A stretch of DNA of 16,589 bases from Candidatus Bipolaricaulia bacterium (lineage in GTDB: Bacteria; Bipolaricaulota; Bipolaricaulia; JBHIAT01), in assembly GCA_046758705.1 (NCBI GenBank), contig JBHIAT010000072.1, positions 1 through 16,589 of the forward strand, read 5' to 3'. The first letter of the stretch is position 1. Each line of letters begins with the position of its first letter. Position numbers and translations under genes: made by a program. Of this stretch, positions 1 to 8,311 are shown piece after piece. Below the pieces are notes generated by a model. The model had not been told where the DNA came from and made no database searches. It saw only the letters and a program-made list of their open reading frames with translations.

Positions 1-45
1 CAGCATGTGGAGACCATCTTCAGGCGGTTCGAGCCGGTTGATTGA
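1..45 (+). CDS. purB: 3' end of an upstream gene, probably adenylosuccinate lyase (partial)
   Basis: Frame 1 reads QHVETIFRRFEPVD-stop (TGA 43-45), which resembles the 'HVDxIFxR' C-terminus of bacterial PurB. purA lies three genes downstream on the same strand. Only 14 codons are visible. Confidence 0.55.
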   Translation, partial: QHVETIFRRFEPVD

Positions 46-70
46 ACTCGGAAAACCGATCAGTTATTAT
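42..70 (+). promoter_or_regulatory. Putative sigma70 promoter for ileS
   Basis: TTGAAC (42-47), 17-bp spacer, TATTAT (65-70). SD AAGGAGG at 104-110. Confidence 0.55.
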
Positions 71-115
71 CTCTAGTTGGTGAAGATTGACTTAGGATGG
101 AATAAGGAGGCGGTG

Positions 116-3100
116 ATGTCGGCAGCGGAGAGCCGGAGGCCTGAAACCAGACCGCGCTATGACAAGCTGGATGACGACGTTTTAGCGCGCGAGCAGCGGA
201 TACTGGAATTTTGGGAAAACGGGGAGATCTTCGAGAAGAGCGTGGTGATGAACCAAGGCCGGGACCGCTACGTCTTCTATGAAGGTCCACCGACCGCCAA
301 TGGGAAACCACATTTCGGCCATCTGATGCCGAGGGTCTACAAGGATCTGTTCCCACGGTACAAGGCGATGCGCGGCTTTTATGTAGAGCGTAAGGGCGGT
401 TGGGACACTCACGGGCTGCCGGTCGAGATCGAAGTGGAAAAGGAGCTCAAGCTCAACAGCAAGGCCGAGATCGAGGCGTACGGTGTCGAACGGTTCATCG
501 AGGCATGTCGCCAGAGCGTGTGGCGCTACAAGGGCGAATGGGAGCGGATGATCCAGCGGATGGGGTTCTGGATTGACCTGGAGAACGCTTACATCACCTA
601 TACCGACGACTACATCGAGAGCGTGTGGTGGGCGTTACACCACATCTGGGAGCAGGGGCTGCTCTACAAAGGCCACCGGGTGCTGCACTACTGCCCCCGC
701 TGTGGCACGCCACTTTCCAGCCATGAGGTCGCGCAAGGGTACAAAGAGATCACCGAGCCCTCGGTCACGGTGAAGTTCAAACTGCGGGACCGAGAGGATG
801 AATACGTGCTGGCCTGGACCACGACACCGTGGACCCTGCCGGGCAATGTGGCCCTGGCTGTGGGCCCCGAGATCGACTATGCGAAAGTCCGCCAAGGAGA
901 TGAGGTCTACTATCTCGCTGAAGAGCTGCACGAACCCGTTCTAACCGAAGACCATGAGGTGCTGGAGGTGTTCAAAGGTGCTGAGATGGACGGTTGGGCC
1001 TATGAGCCACTCCTCCCGTTCCTCAAAGACGCTTTGGGAGAGGAAGCGGAACGGACCCGAGCCTGGACGGTCGTCGCCACCGAGGGCATGGTCACCACCG
1101 AGGAGGGTACGGGCGTGGTGCACACCGCTGTGATGTACGGTGAAGAGGACTACCAGCTCGGCGAGCAGATCGGTCTGCCCAAGCGCCACACGGTGGATGA
1201 AGATGGTCGATTCACTGACGACGTCACCCCGTGGGCGGGGCGTTTCGTCAAGGAGGTTGAAGCGGATATCACCGCCCAATTAAACGCCGAAGGGAAGCTG
1301 TACAAAGCGGAGGACTATACGCATAGCTACCCGTTCTGCTGGCGCTGCAGGACCCCGCTTCTCTACTACGCACACGATTCCTACTTCATTCGCACCACAG
1401 CGCGGCAGATGGACATCATCGCTAACAACCGGCAGGTGCATTGGCATCCGGAGCATATGCGCGATGGCCGGTTTGGCAACTTCCTGGATACGATGAAGGA
1501 TTGGGCGCTGTCGCGCGACCGCTACTGGGGTACACCGCTCAACATCTGGAATTGTGAGGCCTGTGGGCATGAACTGGCCGTCGGAAGCCGAGAAGCGTTG
1601 GTGAACCGGGCAGTGGATCAGCAGCTGGCCGCGGAGGTTGAGTTCCACCGGCCGTACATCGATCAGGTCCGGTTGCGGTGCCCCGAGTGCGAGGGCGAGA
1701 TGGACCGGGTGCCGCACGTCATCGATGCCTGGTTCGACTCGGGTATGATGCACACCGCCCAGTGGCACTATCCGTTCGAGAATGAATCGATTTTCCAAGA
1801 CCAGTTCCCCGCAGACTTCATCTGCGAGGCGCTGGATCAGACGCGTGGCTGGTTCTACAGTCTCCTGGTGACCAGCACACTGCTCTATCCTTCGGAGCAG
1901 TTTCCCTATCCGCATCCCTACAGGCACGTGGTCGTCACCGGCATGGGCTTGGACGTCCAACGGGTGAAGATGAGCAAGTCGCTGGGCAACGTGCTCGACC
2001 CGTGGGAGCTAATCGACGACGGAGGTGCGGATGCGTTGAGGTGGTACTTCTATTCGGACAGCGCCCCCTGGCGGGACAAGCCCCTATCGAAGGAGGTCGT
2101 GGGCGGTGCACCGTATCAGTTTCTCGATACCATCCGCAACACGTACAACTTCTTCGCGCTCTATGCTGAGATCGACGGCTTCGATCCGAACCAGTATCAG
2201 CTGCTCCTGGAGCGGCGCTCGCTGCTCGACCGCTGGATCCTGTCCCGATTGGGGACCACGGCCCGGGCGGTCACCGACGCGCTCGATGGCTACGACGTGG
2301 TGAGCGCAACGCGGAGTCTGGAGCAGTTCGTGGACAACCTTTCCAACTGGTACGTGCGCAGTTCCAGACGTCGGTTCTGGGGAGGCGATCTGGATACCGA
2401 TAAGCAGTCGGCCTACCTGACGTTGCACTATGTGCTGATCGAGTTGACCAAACTGCTGGCACCGTTCGTCCCGTTCCTGAGCGAAGCCATCTACCAAAAC
2501 CTGGCTTCAGGAGCCGGGACCGAGGAGGTGGAGGCGGAGAGCGTCCACATGTGCCGCTATCCGGATGCCGGTGAGCGGTTGATCGATGAGGCACTGGAAC
2601 GACAGATGGAAACCGTTCGCCAGCTGGTCGCCCTGGGACGGGCTGCCCGCAACCAGGCCGGGATCAAAGTGAGGCAGCCGCTGCGGCAGATGGTCATCAA
2701 GCGGGTGGCTGGGACGGAACTACTGGACGAGGGACTGGAGCAGTTGATCCTTCAGGAGCTGAACCTAAAGGAGCTTGTCTACGTCGACGACCTCGGATCG
2801 TATTATCAGCCTCAAGTTCGTCCGAATCAGGGCGAGATCGGCCCGAAGTACGGCGCTTTGACCCGGGTGATCGTCCAGGCACTTGAAGCGGTTGACCCGC
2901 AGACGGTGGTCGATGCGCTCGAGGCGACAGGCCGGTTCGAAGTCACCGTGGACGATCAACAGGTCGTTCTTTCGACCAGTGCCTTCGACGTCGAGTACGT
3001 TCCCCAACCGGGTGTCGTGATCTTGACCGAGGATCAGAACGCCGTGGCGTTAACCACCGAGATTGACGGTGTATTGCGTGAAGAGGGGGGTGTCCGAGAG

Positions 3101-3343
3101 CTCATCCACCGGATCCAGTTGATGCGCAAAGCGGCCGGGTATGAGGTGACCGATCGAATTCTGCTGTACATTCGGGCGGACGACGGGTTGCAGGAGACGA
3201 TCGAACGGAAGGCCGCCTACATTGAGGAGGAGACGCTGGCGAAGGCGCTTCACCCGGGAGAGATCCCGGACGAGGTTGACTATACCGAGATCCAGGAGAT
3301 CAACGGGACGACGGTGGAGATTGGGCTGAAGCGAGTGTCTTAA
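116..3343 (+). CDS. ileS: Isoleucyl-tRNA synthetase, type 2 (IleRS2)
   Basis: FYEGPPTANG, HFGH (311-322), GWDTHGLPVE, WTTTPWTLPGN editing motif, DWALSRDRYWG, KMSKS (1967-1981), LSNWYVRSSRRRFW. The long C-terminal domain has no type-1 zinc finger. Start set at ATG 116, 5 nt after AAGGAGG. Confidence 0.97.
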   Translation: MSAAESRRPETRPRYDKLDDDVLAREQRILEFWENGEIFEKSVVMNQGRDRYVFYEGPPTANGKPHFGHLMPRVYKDLFPRYKAMRGFYVERKGGWDTHGLPVEIEVEKELKLNSKAEIEAYGVERFIEACRQSVWRYKGEWERMIQRMGFWIDLENAYITYTDDYIESVWWALHHIWEQGLLYKGHRVLHYCPRCGTPLSSHEVAQGYKEITEPSVTVKFKLRDREDEYVLAWTTTPWTLPGNVALAVGPEIDYAKVRQGDEVYYLAEELHEPVLTEDHEVLEVFKGAEMDGWAYEPLLPFLKDALGEEAERTRAWTVVATEGMVTTEEGTGVVHTAVMYGEEDYQLGEQIGLPKRHTVDEDGRFTDDVTPWAGRFVKEVEADITAQLNAEGKLYKAEDYTHSYPFCWRCRTPLLYYAHDSYFIRTTARQMDIIANNRQVHWHPEHMRDGRFGNFLDTMKDWALSRDRYWGTPLNIWNCEACGHELAVGSREALVNRAVDQQLAAEVEFHRPYIDQVRLRCPECEGEMDRVPHVIDAWFDSGMMHTAQWHYPFENESIFQDQFPADFICEALDQTRGWFYSLLVTSTLLYPSEQFPYPHPYRHVVVTGMGLDVQRVKMSKSLGNVLDPWELIDDGGADALRWYFYSDSAPWRDKPLSKEVVGGAPYQFLDTIRNTYNFFALYAEIDGFDPNQYQLLLERRSLLDRWILSRLGTTARAVTDALDGYDVVSATRSLEQFVDNLSNWYVRSSRRRFWGGDLDTDKQSAYLTLHYVLIELTKLLAPFVPFLSEAIYQNLASGAGTEEVEAESVHMCRYPDAGERLIDEALERQMETVRQLVALGRAARNQAGIKVRQPLRQMVIKRVAGTELLDEGLEQLILQELNLKELVYVDDLGSYYQPQVRPNQGEIGPKYGALTRVIVQALEAVDPQTVVDALEATGRFEVTVDDQQVVLSTSAFDVEYVPQPGVVILTEDQNAVALTTEIDGVLREEGGVRELIHRIQLMRKAAGYEVTDRILLYIRADDGLQETIERKAAYIEEETLAKALHPGEIPDEVDYTEIQEINGTTVEIGLKRVS

Positions 3344-3381
3344 TAACGAGCCATGGAGCCAGCCATACGGAGATCACCGAT

Positions 3382-4161
3382 ATGACGGATGCAAAAGCCG
3401 TGCAGGCAGCTCTGGAGGCCGGACTCGACCGTGCTTTCTGGCGACAGATCGTCGTCGAGGAGCAGCTTAGCTCCACCAACGACCGGTTGACGGAGTTCGC
3501 CGAGCGCGGGGCACCGCAGGGGACTCTGGTGATCGCGCTCAGTCAGACGGCCGGTCGCGGCCGGCGGGGTCGGCGCTGGGCATCGCCGCCGGGCGGTGCC
3601 TGGTTCTCGCTGTTGTTAAAACCGCTGTACGATCCGGCCAAGCTCGGGTCGATCGTCATCACCCTCGCGGTAGCGGTCGCCACCGCACTGCGGGTATGGC
3701 TTGCGCTTCCGGTGCGGGTGAAGTGGCCCAACGACTTGATCCTTTACGGACGGAAGCTCGGGGGGATCTTGGTCGAGGTGAGGACTAAAGCTGGAGCGTC
3801 ACAGGGGGAGTGGTTGATCGCCGGGATCGGGGTCAACGTCAACAACCGATCGCCGGCCGGCGACGAGGCGATCTCGTTACGTGAGGGCTGTGGCGAAGAG
3901 GTGGATCTCAAGTCGTTCTTCACGCACGTGTTGGCGGGGATCGAAGCCGAATACCATCGCTTCCTCGAGAATGGCTTCGGATCGATCGTGGAGCGGTGGA
4001 AGATGCTGTCGGTCACGTGGGGACGGCGAGTCTCTGTCGAACGGGCCGGTCGACGGTTTGTTGCCGAAGTCCTGGGTCTCTCTGCTAACGGAGCGTTAAT
4101 CGTCAAAACGGAGGACGGGATCGAACGGCTCGTCTCCGGCGAGGTGAGCCTCATTGTTTAA
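3382..4161 (+). CDS. birA: Biotin--[acetyl-CoA carboxylase] ligase, group I (no N-terminal HTH)
   Basis: SSTND, QTAGRGRRGRRW, KWPND, KLGGILVE and GIGVNVN motifs, C-terminal SH3-like region ending SGEVSL. 259 aa. Confidence 0.93.
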   Translation: MTDAKAVQAALEAGLDRAFWRQIVVEEQLSSTNDRLTEFAERGAPQGTLVIALSQTAGRGRRGRRWASPPGGAWFSLLLKPLYDPAKLGSIVITLAVAVATALRVWLALPVRVKWPNDLILYGRKLGGILVEVRTKAGASQGEWLIAGIGVNVNNRSPAGDEAISLREGCGEEVDLKSFFTHVLAGIEAEYHRFLENGFGSIVERWKMLSVTWGRRVSVERAGRRFVAEVLGLSANGALIVKTEDGIERLVSGEVSLIV

Positions 4162-4209
4162 GGCAATAGTAATATCCTACTTTATACCTTTAGGAAGGGG
4201 TTGATCCGG

Positions 4210-5469
4210 TTGTCTGCAATTGCGGTGCTCGGGGCGCAATGGGGAGACGAGGGCAAGGGGAAGGTCGTCCATCTGCTTGCCCGGGACGCAGCGATGGCCG
4301 TACGCTTCAACGGGGGGACCAACGCTGGTCACACGGTGGTCGATGCCGAGGGGACGTTCAAATTCCACCTTATCCCAGCTGGTGCCCTGTATGAGGATTG
4401 CATCGGCGTTCTCGGCAACGGAATGGTGATCGACCCGTGGGCGTTAACTCAGGAGTTGAAGGCGCTCGTCCGGTGGCGGGAGAGTGAACCGGAGATCTTC
4501 ATCAGCCGAGAGGCCCACCTCATTCTCCCTTATCACCCGATCGTTGAGGAACTTGAGGGGGCGGCCGACCAGATCGGCACCACGCGCAAAGGGATCGGTC
4601 CGGCCTACCGAGATAAGATGGCGAGGACGGGGATCCGATGTGCCGACCTCTTCGATCCAGAACTCCTGAGAGGGAAGATTGAAACGAATCTGAACCGACT
4701 CAAACGGGTATGGAAGGAGAGCCAGGCGCTCCAGACGATGGATGCTGTAGCGCTCGCCGCGGAACTGCTCGAGCTTCTGGAGCCGATCCGAGAACGGATC
4801 ACCGACACCGCCGCACTGGTCAACCGGGCGGTCGATCGCGGGGAGTTGGTGCTGTTTGAGGGAGCCCAGGGGGCGCTTCTGGACATCGACTTCGGCACCT
4901 ATCCCTACGTCACCTCCTCCACCACGACAATCGGCGGAATCGGCGTGGGTGCCGGTGTTCCCCCGACGAAGCTGGACCGGGTGATCGGTGTCACTAAGGC
5001 ATACACCACTCGGGTCGGAACCGGCCCGTTTCCCACCGAGGAGCACGGTCGGGTCGGCGAGCGGTTGCGGGAGATCGGGAACGAGTTTGGGACAACGACC
5101 GGTCGCCCCCGCCGTTGTGGCTGGCTTGACCTGGTCGCGCTTCGTTACGCAGCGCGCATCAACGGGTTCACCGAACTGGCACTCACCAAGATCGACGTCC
5201 TCTCCAACTTCGATCGAGTCCGGGTGGCGATCCGATACGAGCTGGACGGCAAGCCACTGGGGGATTTTCCCTCTTCGAGCTGGGAGCTCGAGAGGTGCGT
5301 CCCGATCTATGAGACACTGGATGGTTGGGGAGAGGATATCAGCAGATACCGGTCCCGCGACAAGCTGCCGAGCGCGGTGAGACACTACGTCGACTTCATC
5401 GCTGAACAGCTTGAGCTGCCGATTACAACGATCTCAGTCGGGCCCGCGGTTATGGAGAGTATCGGGTAG
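4210..5469 (+). CDS. purA: Adenylosuccinate synthetase
   Basis: GAQWGDEGKGK, GGTNAGHT, IGTTRKGIGPAY, EGAQGALLDIDFGTYPYVTSS, EFGTTTGRPRRCGWLD. Start set at TTG 4210, after AAGGGGTTGAT. Confidence 0.97.
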   Translation: MSAIAVLGAQWGDEGKGKVVHLLARDAAMAVRFNGGTNAGHTVVDAEGTFKFHLIPAGALYEDCIGVLGNGMVIDPWALTQELKALVRWRESEPEIFISREAHLILPYHPIVEELEGAADQIGTTRKGIGPAYRDKMARTGIRCADLFDPELLRGKIETNLNRLKRVWKESQALQTMDAVALAAELLELLEPIRERITDTAALVNRAVDRGELVLFEGAQGALLDIDFGTYPYVTSSTTTIGGIGVGAGVPPTKLDRVIGVTKAYTTRVGTGPFPTEEHGRVGERLREIGNEFGTTTGRPRRCGWLDLVALRYAARINGFTELALTKIDVLSNFDRVRVAIRYELDGKPLGDFPSSSWELERCVPIYETLDGWGEDISRYRSRDKLPSAVRHYVDFIAEQLELPITTISVGPAVMESIG

Positions 5470-5518
5470 TTGATCCGTCTCGCGGAGCATCTTCACTGCG
5501 ATATCGGGATTGGAGGGC

Positions 5519-6895
5519 TCAGAAGATCTTGCCAGGATTCAGGATGTCATTTGGGTCGAACGTCTTTTTGATCTGTTCCATGACCTTCAGGCTCTCTCCG
5601 TGCTCCCGAGCCATGAATTTGCGCTTGCCGATCCCGATCCCGTGCTCCCCGGTCGCTGTTCCTCCCAGATCGAGGGCGTATTCGACGATCGCGTCATTCG
5701 CGCGGTTTGTCTGTCGCCACTCCTCCTCATTCTGGAGATCGGCGACGAGCTCAACGTGCAGGTTGCCATCGCCGGCGTGGCCGAACGCCAGTCCCGGAAT
5801 CCCGGTTTTGTGCGCCACCTGCTTCACATATCTCACGATCTCGGGGAAACGTGAGATGGGCACGGCCACATCGGCAACGATGCTGGCATACTGGGAAAAC
5901 GCGTGTCGGATCGCCTCATGAACGGCATAACGGGCCTCCCAGAGCCGATCGCGCTCCTCTCGGCCGATCCCGGTGTCGAACGCCGTCGCACCGTTGGCGG
6001 AACAGATCTCCCGGGCGAAGTCGATCTCCTCCTCCAGTCCGGTCCGGCTGCTTCCGTGGAACTCGATGAGCAGGGTGGGGCGTTCCTCAAGCGTCAGCCC
6101 CTTGAATCGGTTGATCAGCGAGATAATCTCCTCATCCACAAGCTCCAGGGCCGACGGGGAGAGCCCCGTTCCGATGATCTCGGAGACGGCCCGGGCGGCA
6201 TCCTCCACCGACGCAAACGGTACGACCGCCGCCATCACCTCCTCCGGAATCCCGGTCAGCCGCAGCGTCGCCTCGGTGATCACGCCTAACGTCCCCTCCG
6301 AGCCGACGAACAGCCGGGTCAAGTCGTATCCGGAGGAGCTCTTGATCGACCGTGACCCCGTCTCGATGATTCGCCCGTCGGCGAGCACAACCTGAAGTCC
6401 CAGCGCATGATCCCGGGTCACTCCGTACTTGACCGCCCGGATGCCGCCGGCGTTGTTGGCGATCATCCCGCCGATCGTCGCTGACGCCCCGGGATCGGGA
6501 GGGAAGAACAGACCGTAGCGACGCAGCCGGTCGTTGAGATCGGTAAAGACCACGCCGGCCTGAACCCGTACCTGCAAATCCTCCGGCCAGACGTTCACGA
6601 TCTGATCCATTCGGTGCATGTCGAGAACGATCCCCCCGTGAATCGGGATCGGATTGCCTTCGAGGCTCGTCCCAGCACCCCATGCGGTCACCGGGACGCG
6701 TCGCTCGTTCGCCCACGCCAGGATTCGGCTCACCTCCTCGGTGCTCGCCGGGTAGATGACGACGTCGGGTCGATGCCGTTCGTGGAACGACTCATCCCCG
6801 GCGTGGAGATCGAGTTCAGATGCGCCGGTCGTCATCCGCTTCGCCCCGACGATCGCGTTAAGTCCGTCTAGATCCGCCTGCGATAGGCGTTCCAC
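5519..6895 (-). CDS. FAD-linked oxidoreductase, GlcD / D-lactate dehydrogenase (VAO/PCMH) family
   Basis: GAGTSLEG, FFPPDPG, ATIGGMIANNAGG, GYDLTRLFVGSEGTLG, GHAGDGNLH, GEHGIG, ILNPGKIF. GTG 6895 lies 7 nt after GGAGG; ATG 6901 is an alternative start. Confidence 0.88.
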   Translation of the reverse strand: MERLSQADLDGLNAIVGAKRMTTGASELDLHAGDESFHERHRPDVVIYPASTEEVSRILAWANERRVPVTAWGAGTSLEGNPIPIHGGIVLDMHRMDQIVNVWPEDLQVRVQAGVVFTDLNDRLRRYGLFFPPDPGASATIGGMIANNAGGIRAVKYGVTRDHALGLQVVLADGRIIETGSRSIKSSSGYDLTRLFVGSEGTLGVITEATLRLTGIPEEVMAAVVPFASVEDAARAVSEIIGTGLSPSALELVDEEIISLINRFKGLTLEERPTLLIEFHGSSRTGLEEEIDFAREICSANGATAFDTGIGREERDRLWEARYAVHEAIRHAFSQYASIVADVAVPISRFPEIVRYVKQVAHKTGIPGLAFGHAGDGNLHVELVADLQNEEEWRQTNRANDAIVEYALDLGGTATGEHGIGIGKRKFMAREHGESLKVMEQIKKTFDPNDILNPGKIF

Positions 6896-6909
6896 AGGCA
6901 TCCCTCCAA

Positions 6910-7416
6910 TCAGATCTTCTCGTTTTCCTTTATCTCCTCACCCAGCCGAAAGTAATGGCCATCACGATAGAGGAGCGGCCGGCCAGCTTGGCTCTCAACC
7001 GCCACCACGTCACCGACGAAGACGGTGTGGTCGCCTTCCGGATGGACGGCGCGGACTCGGCAGTCGAGAAAGCCCAGGCCCCCTTCCAGAATCGGAGCGC
7101 CGGTGACCGCGTTTCGGTAGGACAGTTTCGAGAATGGATCGGCGGTCTCGGGGTATCTGGCGGCAAACAGATCGGCGAGGAACCGCTGGTCCTCCCGGAG
7201 GATGTTGACGGCGAAGATACCGGATGCTTCGATCAGTGAGTAGGAAGGAGCATCCTTGTCAATACTGATGAGTACCAGAGTCGGCTCAAGAGAGACCGAG
7301 ATGAACGAGCTCACCGTGATCCCGGCGATCTCGTCTCCGTCTCTTGTGGTGACCACCGTCACCGCCTGCGCCAGTCGGCGCATCGTCCGGCGAAAATCAT
7401 CCGGATCAACGCTCAA
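6910..7416 (-). CDS. Flavin reductase-like protein (HpaC/DIM6/NTAB family)
   Basis: FRRTM...VTVVTT, SSFISVSLEP, FAVNIL, GAPIL, GDHTVFVG, PLLY. TTG start with SD AAAGGAGG (7423-7430). Confidence 0.9.
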   Translation of the reverse strand: MSVDPDDFRRTMRRLAQAVTVVTTRDGDEIAGITVSSFISVSLEPTLVLISIDKDAPSYSLIEASGIFAVNILREDQRFLADLFAARYPETADPFSKLSYRNAVTGAPILEGGLGFLDCRVRAVHPEGDHTVFVGDVVAVESQAGRPLLYRDGHYFRLGEEIKENEKI

Positions 7417-7452
7417 CGTGGCCCTCCTTTACACAGGTTCAGCTTTCGATAC

Positions 7453-7481
7453 AGCATAGCATGGTGTAAGCAGTCCGTCAA
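7453..7481 (-). promoter_or_regulatory. Sigma70 promoter with extended -10 for the flavin reductase/GlcD operon
   Basis: Minus strand: TTGACG (7481-7476), 17-bp spacer ending TGC, then TATGCT (7458-7453). Confidence 0.7.
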
Positions 7482-7607
7482 CGCGGATCCGTTGGTCTGA
7501 AAACCGCCCTTTGCGGGAACAATATTTAGAGGAGGGAGAGAGGGTCAATCCAGACGCTCTATCCAGGACACCTCCGATTCCATCGCTGAATAAACGGATT
7601 GATATCG

Positions 7608-8186
7608 ATGATAGCAGGTGAGCGAAAGAAGTATCTCTTCATCCTCTTGGGACTTTTGACGGTCGTGGCACTGGGGATTGGAACCGGCTGGTTCGAGCGG
7701 GTGTACACGACCGCTACTCGGGTCGCCTCAGCATACCGGATCGACCTGCGGATGTTCCTGATTCTGGTCGGGGTGGGCAGCGCGACCTATTGGTTGGGCA
7801 GCTTCCTGATCGTCCAGGAGGCCGGAACGAGTTTCGTCCGCCGTTCTATAGAGATCATCTTCCGAAGTTTGAAGAATCGGGCCTCATGGCAGGTGGGGTG
7901 GGAAGCTTGGTCCCAGCGGAACCCGACAGAGCGACGCCGATATCTGAGGAGGACGATTCAGCGAGGCGGCTCACGCCTGATCAAACTGATCGAGAACCGC
8001 GGGGTCATGACCGGTCTCATACTCAGCCGTGGGGGTGCGGCGCTCCCCTGGATCTACGTGGAGATTCGGGCATACCATCCGCCCTGGTTCGTCCACCTGC
8101 CCACTTCGTTCCTGGGCATCACCGTGATCGGCTGGTTGGTGATCGTGATGTGGCTCTCCTGGGCCCGAGCGCGGGGCCTCATGTGA
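7608..8186 (+). CDS. Hypothetical membrane protein (about 3-4 TM helices, Arg-rich loop)
   Basis: The ORF fills the gap between known genes. Hydrophobic segments: YLFILLGLLTVVALGIG, MFLILVGVGSATYWLGSFLIV, FLGITVIGWLVIVMWLSW. No family recognised. Start is ATG 7608 or TTG 7599. Confidence 0.7.
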   Translation: MIAGERKKYLFILLGLLTVVALGIGTGWFERVYTTATRVASAYRIDLRMFLILVGVGSATYWLGSFLIVQEAGTSFVRRSIEIIFRSLKNRASWQVGWEAWSQRNPTERRRYLRRTIQRGGSRLIKLIENRGVMTGLILSRGGAALPWIYVEIRAYHPPWFVHLPTSFLGITVIGWLVIVMWLSWARARGLM

Positions 8187-8254
8187 ATCCCTCCATCTCT
8201 TGACCTTTCCCAAAATATTAAGTTTATTCCTTTTCCTTAACCACTATAGCTGAT

Positions 8255-8283
8255 TTGCACTCGCACAGGGGGTGGCTTATGCT
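8255..8283 (+). promoter_or_regulatory. Putative sigma70 promoter for the M20 hydrolase
   Basis: TTGCAC (8255-8260), 17-bp spacer, TATGCT (8278-8283), downstream of an AT-rich tract (about 8200-8250). Confidence 0.6.
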
Positions 8284-8311
8284 ATGGTATCGAAGGGGGG
8301 AGGTGATCCGA

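Noticed and set aside
46..115. T-box riboswitch upstream of ileS
   Set aside because: The intergenic region is only about 70 nt, with no T-box (UGGNACC) motif or terminator.
7546..7560. AATCCAGACGCT as a PyrR binding loop
   Set aside because: Only a partial match to ARUCCNGNGAGGYU, no terminator/antiterminator, and the downstream gene is not a recognisable pyrimidine gene.
8187..8254. AT-rich tract as an insertion scar or second promoter
   Set aside because: No terminal or direct repeats, and TTGACC at about 8200 has no good -10 at 16-18 bp. More simply an UP-like region for the 8255 promoter.
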